In this document: in pieces, positions 1 through 64,000 of the stretch
Position numbering within the stretch: position 1 is the first letter of the stretch
How the letters are laid out: each line of letters opens with the position of its first letter
NCBI GenBank assembly: GCA_964016885.1
Contig: OZ024742.1
Span: 276,768,001-276,832,000, forward strand
DNA length: 64,000 bases
Reading direction: 5' to 3'
Source: Eledone cirrhosa
Lineage: Eukaryota
Position numbers and translations under genes: made by a program
Notes under the pieces: generated by a model
Told to the model about the DNA's origin: nothing
Databases searched by the model: none
What the model saw: only the letters and a program-made list of their open reading frames with translations

Positions 1-269
1 GGGAGTGTCATGGAGGTATTCATCAATCACGCCTTCCAGCTGGTCCTGTCTGAAGCAACAATCTCCAAATGATCCAGCTGATCTCCAAGCCAGATCAGCG
101 GACCTCTACTTTAGAATTGTTGTAAATTAGGATGCCCACTCAGAATGTTCCGAAGATTAGCTCCACCCCACCCTATCCGAGTACTAAAACTTGGAAATGG
201 ACTTGCAGATAATACTTGACAAATTTCTTTTCAGCTTTTGCATTCGATGCCCCTGTCCTAACATCTATA

Positions 270-460
270 TAATTGTTTCTACTTTTGGCACAAGGCCAGC
301 AATTACCCCAGTGCATTACTGGTGCTTTATTTTATTGACCCCATAAGGATGAAAGGCAAAGTTAGCTTCAGTGGGTTTTGAACTCAGGCCGTAAAGGGCC
401 GTAACTCTATGCTGCAAAGTATGGCTTCCAACCCTCTACTGATACTGCCAATCCACTGCA
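270..460 (-). mobile_element. tRNA-derived SINE, family A
   Basis: Reverse complement of the recurrent ~190-bp element gggcggtggattggcagtatc...gagttcaaatcccgcc...ctttcatccttacggggtcgataaaataaagtaccag...agtagaaacaattatt, with A/B-box-like motifs. Other copies at about 13635-13830, 17090-17270, 28695-28880, 30058-30249, 31120-31490, 37605-37890, 51088-51600, 53870-54272, 54716-54865. Confidence 0.85.
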
Positions 461-831
461 TACTTCTTACATTTGCTAATTATAGAGGTAACACTTCCCT
501 AAAATTCCTTAATCTAGGTACTTTGTATGTTGGCCAGTTCTTGGTAGGTAACACAATATCTAGTGAGCCATCTGAGCAGTTTATGAACTTCATTTAATAG
601 GTGCTCTTGCTGCTAACTGCTCTTGTACAGCTCGTGCACTTAAATTCTTGGTTCACTATTTATCTCTGAGAAGAAATAAAGTAAAAGTATAACCTAAATT
701 TCATATGTACCATAACATAGAGTAAAGGTTCAGTGACAGTGAGGATTTTTTTTAGCCTAAAGAGAAAATTTATGCTGGTAATTTCAGGATCTTTTTGGAA
801 ACCATGATAGCCCCAGCTGAGTGCAGAATGG

Positions 832-1045
832 CATTAAACCATCTGTATCCGGCCAGAATTCTCTCACCTCTTTCTCTTCAAATTGGCTGTAACTGGTCAC
901 TCACTGATGTTTAGGTATTGTTCTCAAAATAGATAGTTTCAAAATCTCATAGATTCAATATTATGTGAGATAATTATGTAAGGTAAAGCCTTTACTGTGA
1001 AAATACAATATCAAATATTGAGTAATATAAATGTTAAAGGGTTAA
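832..1045. mobile_element. piggyBac-like MITE (TTAA-CCCTTTAGC family), degenerate left end
   Basis: Ends aaagggTTAA; internal sequence shared with copies at 28594, 45175, 52040, 52873. Confidence 0.75.
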
Positions 1046-1377
1046 TCCGATTCAAGTGCAGATTTGGAGAGATTTCTAAAGAATACTTTCAAATAGTTAT
1101 GTCATATGTCTAGATCCATCTGACAAATCATGGGCCTCTTAGATTAATGTATGGTTATTTGGAAAGTACATACTTAGTTACTACCAATCTAAGCCCACTG
1201 CACTTTTGAATGTATCTAATAAATAAATAGTGCATTTACATGTGCAAGCAAGGAATGCTTAATTTGCTGTTGTTATTACCTTTACCTTATAGTTTTCTTA
1301 TTCCACATGTTCATGTTTTGCTTTTATATTTTCTAGATTTTCCCATCTTCAACTACGTGACAAAATGAAATGCAAAG

Positions 1378-56651
<55,274 letters not shown>

Positions 56652-56692
56652 GTGAGTTTTATTTTATGGTTGGAGTTTTGAAGATAGACTGA

Positions 56693-56727
<35 letters not shown>

Positions 56728-57377
56728 CTTCTGCTTCTTCTTCTTCACCACCCCTCCTTCCTTCCTTCCCCCCTCCTCCTTCAACTGAACTGTTATATAT
56801 ATATATATCCACACACATAGTGACTTCACACTTCCTAGTTCAGCTGTTTGTGATTGTACCACCATATTGTTGTACTCAAAACTAAGTGGTTTCCCTTACA
56901 GCCATACCACAAAATGAAACGTACACTCACACATACAAATCCACACATCTCACGAATATAAGCAAACACTGCCACATTCTTTACACATACACAAAATAAA
57001 CTTCAACACACATTTACAGTATACACATTCAAACTTACATTCATTCACACATAAAAGTCCACTACTATAGCAATGGTTTTGATGGTCATGTTGGTAGTTG
57101 ATTGTGTTGTGGCATTGATTCGTTTGTTGCATCTATGCTCACTTTTAGTTTGCTGTGTCGTGTGGTCACTGTTGTGTGATACAGTGTGACCAGAGGTTGC
57201 ATGTGTGAAGGTGAGTAAGATGATAATGATATGATAGTTCCTTGATCACACAGAAAATGAATATATATAAATGAACCATGATAACACCAAACCGCTATAT
57301 TATTAATTTATTGAAAGTAGCTCATGCCGAAGCTATACAAAAAATATACAAGAATTATGGGCATTATTTGTTTGTTG

Positions 57378-59940
57378 CCTGACCTCAGACCTTTCAATCG
57401 TGTCCACCAAACAACCTCTTTCAACATGGCTATTACGCACAGAAAAACTGCCTTTGCTTCCTTTGTGAAGAGGGGAGGCGGCTTGATTGTTATCATGGAC
57501 TCGGCGGTCAATCGAATCGGCGCCACCCGTGACAGCAGTCGTTCGGCGTAGCCCCACAGATCAGCCACGCCCGGACAGTGCACCAATGCGTGTGCAACGG
57601 TTTCTTCGTGACGCACGCATCTATGGCAAATCTTTTTCGAGGGATCCCTGCCCGGGCGCCCGTGTCTGTAGAGCTTTTCTCGAACGGGTAGAGCCCCCCG
57701 GTAGCACTGCCAGGCCAGTGACTTCTGGAAGTTGTCCATTGGTCCCGGGCCGAAAGTCCTACCGAACAGGCTGGCCAGTTCGTCCTCTTCCATGTCCAGC
57801 GACTCTCCAAGGGTGTCATCGCCCCTGCTAGCCACCAGCCCTCTATAGAATGATGAGGTGGATTCTCCACCGATGGCCGGGTCTGCTTGCCAGAGAGCCC
57901 TGAGCGCCTGGGCACACTCAGTGTGCCAGTCGCCCAGTTTTCCGGATCTTGCTTGACCCAGGACTGCAGCTCGGTGAGCGAGACGAGTCTCGGAAAGGCT
58001 CGTCTCACGAACGGAGCCCACACCGGTTGACCAGTGAGGAATACCTGTAGGTGCCGTAGCCGTAATGCGTGCCTACGCATCATCAACCACGGCATCCCCA
58101 GCCCTCCTTTCGAAGGTTGTTGGCAGCAGATGGATCTTCTCACCATAGGAGGGCGCTTCTTCCAAAGAAATCGAAAGAGCATGCGTTCCATGGTGGTGAG
58201 TGTTTCCTTAGGGCAAGGCACGACAGTCAGGCGGTAGTAGGTGACGGACGCTATGTAAATGTTCGCCACCTCCGCCCGACCTTTCAGGGACAGCTTACAC
58301 TTAGCCCATTTCTGGGTCAGTGCAAACACCTTGCTCGTAACCTCGCCCCAGTTCTTTTCCACCTGGAGGTCCGGTCGAAACCAGACCCCAAGCAACTTCA
58401 CCGGGCCCTCCGTCCAGTGTCTGACGACACCGTCGGGAGGCATCAGTCTGCCTCTCCACATTCCGAGTTGCAGCCCGATGGATTTTTCCCGGTTCAGTTT
58501 CGCTCCTGACAACCTTTCATACTCCTCTAGTAAGGTACCGATCGCCTCGATCTCCGAGTCGGTCGATACCATTACTGTTACGTCATCGGTGTAGGCCGAC
58601 ACCGCTTTGCTCAATCCTGGTTCCAGGAGGATACCCTGCAACAACTCCAACTTCCTCAGTAAAGGCTCGAGAGTCAATACGTACAGAAGGGAGGAGAGAG
58701 GGCACCCCTATCGAATGGATCGTGTGATTTTGAACGGCTTCGAAAGGTAGCCGTTCACCTTGATTCTAGAACAGATGTGGTTGCTATGTAAGGCAGTGAT
58801 CCAGCCTCTGAAAACAGGACCGAACCCAGCCACCGCTAGCACCGCATCCAGGTAACCATGGTCGACCCTATCGAACGCCTTAGACTGATCCAAGTTGATC
58901 AGGGCCCCACCGAAGCCGGGTTTGTTGCCAACCCTCTCTATGATGTATCGCATGAGGTGGAGGTTGTCGTGAATGGACCTGGATGGGATAGCACATGTCT
59001 GCGCATCTCCCACCAGGCTACCCACGACAAGCGCCAACCTCTTTGCTAACATCTTGACCAAAATCTTTAACTCTGTGTTTAGCAGGGTTATGGGCCGAAA
59101 ATTATTTATACTATCCCCCTTGTTCTCGTCCTTCCTCACCAGCGAGACTACGCCCTTGGCTACAGAACAAGGAATTCTCCCGTTCTGCTGCCAATTGCAG
59201 TAGACTGCTTCAAGGAGTTCGGAGAAGAAGACCGGCATTGCTAAATAAAGTTCGTAAGGTATACCATCGAGACCTGGAGATTTGCGTCTGCTGCATTGGC
59301 TCAGCACATCCCCGATCTCATCAGCTGAGATTGGTCCCTCGCAGGACTCTGCCTCTTCGCTCGAGAGACGCGGCAGGCCGTCGAGGTATGGACCGAAATC
59401 CACGTCCCCGCCCGGACCCCCGCCTCCCCCGAACAATCGGGCAAAGTGCTTTTGAAAGGCCTCGCACATCTGCTTAGGCTCCCGGATCACCCGTCCATCC
59501 TCGTCTTGCAAAGACCAGATGGTGGATCGATTTCCACTCTTAGCTTCTGTCACGCGGGCCCAGCCAACGGCTTTGGCCCCCTCATTACCTAGAACACGTA
59601 TTTTATTTCGAATGGCGCAGCCTTCGTGCTTTGCATCGAAAAACTGGCTCAAGGCCGTCCTCGATGCCAGCACTCTGGCCACATCTTTGCTCTTGATTGC
59701 CTCTTCTTATTTACCTGTTAATTCTTTCTCGTTCCTATTCCTATCGGCAGCTAACATCTTGCTATAACTTATTGATTCTGTTCTAATCTCTCTTTTGAGA
59801 GATGCCCACCATCGGTTGTTGACGATTGCACCCGTCAACCTCTCCTTAACTAATCTGCTAATCCGGTCTCTGTAAGCCACTTTTGCCGGTAAAGACAAAT
59901 TAAGTTTCCAGTAACCGGGACCCTGTCTATGTGTTCTCTC
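57378..59940 (-). mobile_element. Tx1/L1-like ORF2 (RT + C-terminal CCHC), cut by the Gypsy insertion
   Basis: KSPGLDGIPYELY, LDQSKAFDRVDH, AYTDD, CHRC...ETVAHALVHC; homologous to 41920-44380. Confidence 0.92.
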
Positions 59941-60449
59941 TGTGGGTATGGTGTGGCGTGCGGTGGCTGCAGGTGCCTAGTGGTGCCTAGCAACGGGGCG
60001 AACGCCAGTTTGGGCAGTGTCTAGCAACGGGGTGAACGCAAGTTTGGGCAGTACCTAGCATAGTACCTAGCAACGGCGTAAACGCCAGTTTGGGATCTCC
60101 CGGTGCTAGGCAGTTGAAAGCAGGCAGGCGAGGAGTAAAGAGCAGGACGATAGCAGCGCTAGTGAAAAGAGCAAAACGATATGGGACTGTTGATACAACG
60201 ATAGAACGGCCAACCGAGGAAGACGGACGTACACGAAATGGTCTTCAAACTACCATGCAGTGGAGATTGAGCGGCGCCTTTGAAAAGCGGTAAGTGAGAT
60301 AGCTTTTTCCAACCACAAGCTATTTCGGCAACTGGAAACAGATCTGATGGAACAAAGAAAAAAGAAGAAAAAGCTACTGGGAAAACAGAGAGGAGTCTGT
60401 TGTTGTTTTTTTTTTTTTTGGTGTCACTTACCGCTAGACAAATCAGAGG

Positions 60450-61153
60450 ATGGCGACAAGACTACGGACGAGTGAGGCCATCAGGGCATTTACCGGGGAG
60501 GGTGATGTAATCGCTTGGCTGCGGAAAGTTTGGCTGGTCGCAAGTTTGCAGAAGATAGAGGATGTGGCTGGCCTAATGGCACTCTACCTCGAGAGAGACG
60601 CGCTGGTACTCTTCCTTGAGTTGGATGAGCACAGCCAAAGAGATGCGCAGAAGATTGAGCGGCGTCTGATAGATGCATTCGCCGAGGGACCGTTGGCAGC
60701 TTTTGCTAAGCTGGCGAGAATTAGGTGGAATGGTGAACGCGTCGGCATTTTCGCAACGGGAATAAGGCGGTTGGCCATGTTGGCTGGTTATCAGGCGGAA
60801 TGGGAACGCACGGTGCGGTTGGCGTTTATTAATGGATTTCCAGACCACATAGCGGTGAGGCTGCAGCAAGTCCCGGGTTATAAAGAGATGGAAATGCGTT
60901 CACTGGTGGAACAAGCCCGGATCATAGCAGAAGATGCCAAAAAGAGTGTTGCGGCGATAGCAACTTCGGAGGCTCGTACGTTTAGAGGGCGCTGTTTTCG
61001 TTGCCAGGGCCCGCACATGGCTAGAGACTGTAGAGAGTTGAGGCCGGATATAATTTGCTACCGGTGTAAGTGACCAGGCCACATCGCTACTAACTGCGAC
61101 CAGGGAAACGATCCAAGGGAACTACTGCGCCGGTAGTTGCCCCTTACGAGTAG
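60450..61153 (+). pseudogene. Gypsy gag with two zinc knuckles, premature stop in the second
   Basis: CFRCQGPHMARDC and CYRCK*PGHIATNC. Confidence 0.88.
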
Positions 61154-63979
61154 CGGCGCTGCCCGTGGTGGAAGTCTTCATGAGGGGGAAGCCACAGCGA
61201 GCCCTCGTGGACACGGGCTGTACAACGACACTGGTGACCGCGGGGGTGGCGCAGAGGTGGGGAGGGAAGAGCAGTGTAAGGGCAGTCGACGGCAAGAAAA
61301 TCGAATGCCAAGGTCTCAGCGAGGTGGAAATAGCGGTACGGGGAAGGAGGATAAAGCTTTCGGCCATCGTAGTAGACAGTGTGGTGGATGGGATCGGCGT
61401 GGTTATGAGCATGGACGCGATTGGCCGTTTAGGAGGCGTCACGGTGGACAACCTCGGTGTGTCGTTTGGCGCCGCTGCATTGGCATGCGCAGTGAGTGCA
61501 CGTCATGAGAACCAGAAGGCCCACGAGGAGGAATACCCCGCTTACACTGTGCAGGACAAAGACTTCAAGGCCGTGTTTGATGGGCAGCGATGGGTTGTTG
61601 AGTGGTACTGGAAGGGAGAACCACCAACACTGAAGACCAAAGTGGGCTGCTATCAACACACATTGAAGGGAAACGCTAGGAGCAAGTTCGAGCGAGAAGT
61701 AGAGAGATGGATTGAAGAGGGCATACTGCTTCCCTGGAAGGAGGAGGTGAAGTGCGGAGTATTGCTGTTAATGGCGGTGGTGCAACCCACGAAGAGCAAG
61801 GTGAGGCCGGTGCTGGACTATCGGGAGCTGAACGAACACGTGTCATGCCACACGGGTGGCGAGGTCACAGATATCTGCGGGGAAAATCCTGCGTGAGTGG
61901 AGACGCATGACGGGGGGTTCAGCGATCGTAGACCTAAAGTCGGCTTACTTGCAGTTGCATATAGCTGAGGAGCTCTGGCGGTATCAGCTGGTCAGGTATA
62001 AGGGCCGGACATATTGCCTGACCAGGCTCGGTTTCGGGCTGAGCTCCGCACCGAAGATCATGGCGGCGGTCCTCAAGACCGTTCTGGGGAAGGCTGACAA
62101 GATGAAGAGGACCACTAACTCCTACATTGATGACATCTTAGTGGACGAGTCGGTGGTGTCGGCGGCGGAGGTCACGAGCCATTTACAGGGGTACGGACTG
62201 ACTGCGAAGCCGTCAGAAGCATTGGAGGGAGGAGCCGCGCTGGGACTTAGGCTGCGGCGAGACAGGACGGGCGTTTTGGTATTCCAGAGGGGAAACGAAG
62301 TTCCGGAACTGGGCCGAAGTATGAGTAGGCGGGAGCTTTTCTCGGTGTGCGGAAAGCTGGTGGGTCACTACCCGATCGCTGGGTGGCTCCGGACGGCATG
62401 CAGCTATGTCAAGAGACGAGCGGGAGGAGTGACTTGGAGTGACAGAGTGGGAGAGAGGACGGTGGCCATGATGCAGGAGATCGTGGGAAGGGTGAAGGCC
62501 GACGACCCAGTGCGGGGACGCTGGTATGTTCCCAAATCACAGAGCGGGACCGTGTGGTGCGATGCCAGCAGCATAGCGCTGGGTGACACGTTGGAGATAG
62601 GAGGTGTTGAGGTCGAGGATGCAGCCTGGCTTAGAAAGAAGGACGACTGCAATCACATCAATGTGGCCGAACTGGACGCGGTGTTGAGAGGGGTGAACCT
62701 CGCCCTGCGGTGAGGGCTGCACACCATCGAGATACGCACCGACTCGGCTACTGTTCTCAGATGGGTAAGATCAGTGCTCACCACTGAGAAGAGAGTGCGA
62801 ACGAGAGGCGCGGCGGAGATGTTGATAAAGCGCCGCCTGGGAACTTTAGGAGAGCTGGCCACTGAGTTCGACCTGAGGCTGAGCGTAGTTTTCATGCCCT
62901 CAGAGAAAAACAGGGCGGACATATTAACTAGGGTGAAGAAAGCCTGGATGGGAGCGCCGGAGGAGGTAGAGGATGAGATAGCTGCTGTGTGTCAGCTGAC
63001 CGAGTCGGATTTGAAGGGGTTGCATGACATGCACCACATGGGGGTGGATAGGAGCCTGTTCCTAGCAAGGAGAATCGACCCGGACGTTAGCAGACATAGT
63101 GTTCAGGGAGTGGTTAGAGGCTGCGTCCGATGTCAGTCCATTGATCCCGCCCCGGGTGTACACGAAACGGGAAGCCTCCCGGTGGATCGCGACTGGAAGC
63201 GATTAGCGGTGGATGTGACGCACTACCGGCAGGGAACGTACCTCTCGCTGGTCGACTGTGGACCAGGTCGAATGGCGATATGGAGGGAGATGAGGACTGG
63301 AACGGTCGAGGAAATCGTGCGGACGTTGAGAGAGGTGTTCTTGGAGCGGGGTCCTGTGGACGAACTGCTGATGGACAACGGCGCAGCGTTCCGCTCGGAG
63401 GCACTGAGGGAGATGCTCGATGGATGGAAGGTGAACCGTTTCTTCAGAGCTGCGCACAGGCCGAGCGGGAATGGAATCGTGGAGCGACACCACCGGACGA
63501 TCAAGGCAATGGCGGAGCGGGGCCATGTCTCACCAATGGAGGCAGTGTTCTGGTACAACATGTCCCCTCGGGTTGGACAGGTCGAGGAATCGGTGCCACA
63601 CAGAGCAGTGTTCAAATACGAGTGGAGGCACCACAACGGCCAGTGGGGAAAGAGAGTGCATTCGTGCAGGTGGACGAAGAAGTCTGGGTTAAGCCCCCAG
63701 ATGCACCTTGCACATCTCAATGGGGAAGGGGAACAGTGACGGCCGTAAATTCAAAGAACAATGTGTCCGTGGACCACGTCATGTGTCCGGGTACCATGTC
63801 ATGTCCTGGATGTAAGAAGAGTCACTGTGTCGACGGACTCCGAGGAAGAGGAAACCCAAGACGAGGTGGAAACTCAGAGCCCTGCCCCAATACTACGGAG
63901 ATCGCAACGATGTCTTAGACCACCAACCTGGACAGCAGACTTCCACATGCAGAGAGACGAGGAGGAAATTGATCCTTGA
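61110..63979 (+). pseudogene. Gypsy pol (protease, RT, RNase H, integrase), disrupted
   Basis: LVDTGC; VDLKSAYLQL, GFGLSSAP, YIDD; CDASS, INVAEL; H..HH.G...CVRC, LAVD, MDNGAAF, GNGIVER. Frameshift near 61885 and stop at 62711. Confidence 0.92.
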
Positions 63980-64000
63980 GATCAGGAGGGTGTGTGGGTA

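Larger units (their letters stand above)
59941..64000 (+). mobile_element. Gypsy/Ty3 LTR retrotransposon (5' LTR from 59941; 3' LTR starts 63993)
   Basis: Starts tgtgggta, and the same 8-mer follows the purine tract aggaggg at the window end; domain order gag-PR-RT-RH-IN. 5' LTR right boundary and PBS not resolved. Confidence 0.95.

Overview
Eukaryotic, AT-rich, repeat-dense genomic DNA, most likely from an octopod cephalopod (inferred from the SINE/RTE repertoire, not proven). A single + strand multi-exon host gene spans the window and is not visible in the ORF track. Splicing 13 exons by hand (1378-1501, 16670-16809, 17451-17602, 18863-18999, 21001-21162, 23910-24014, 30389-30480, 44836-44974, 46021-46158, 49167-49346, 53245-53386, 54311-54419, 56429-56651; 1843 nt, all phases compatible) gives an NF-kappaB protein of the p105/p100/Relish class: Rel homology domain, IPT domain, linker and ankyrin repeats, continuing past the window end. 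The protein looks atypical (degenerate NLS, no RRxS site, no glycine-rich region), and two introns appear to use GC donors. The introns carry an RTE-clade LINE with an uninterrupted 1076-aa ORF and a PHD-type finger inside the RT, truncated copies of it, a nested Tx1/L1-like cluster whose (ATT)n tail abuts the exon 8 acceptor, R4/Dong, CR1 and BovB-like fragments, a hAT remnant with a 612-bp tandem duplication, piggyBac and Tc1/mariner MITEs, many SINEs, minisatellites, several long hairpins, and a Gypsy LTR retrotransposon with a -1 frameshift signal nested in a Tx1-like element.
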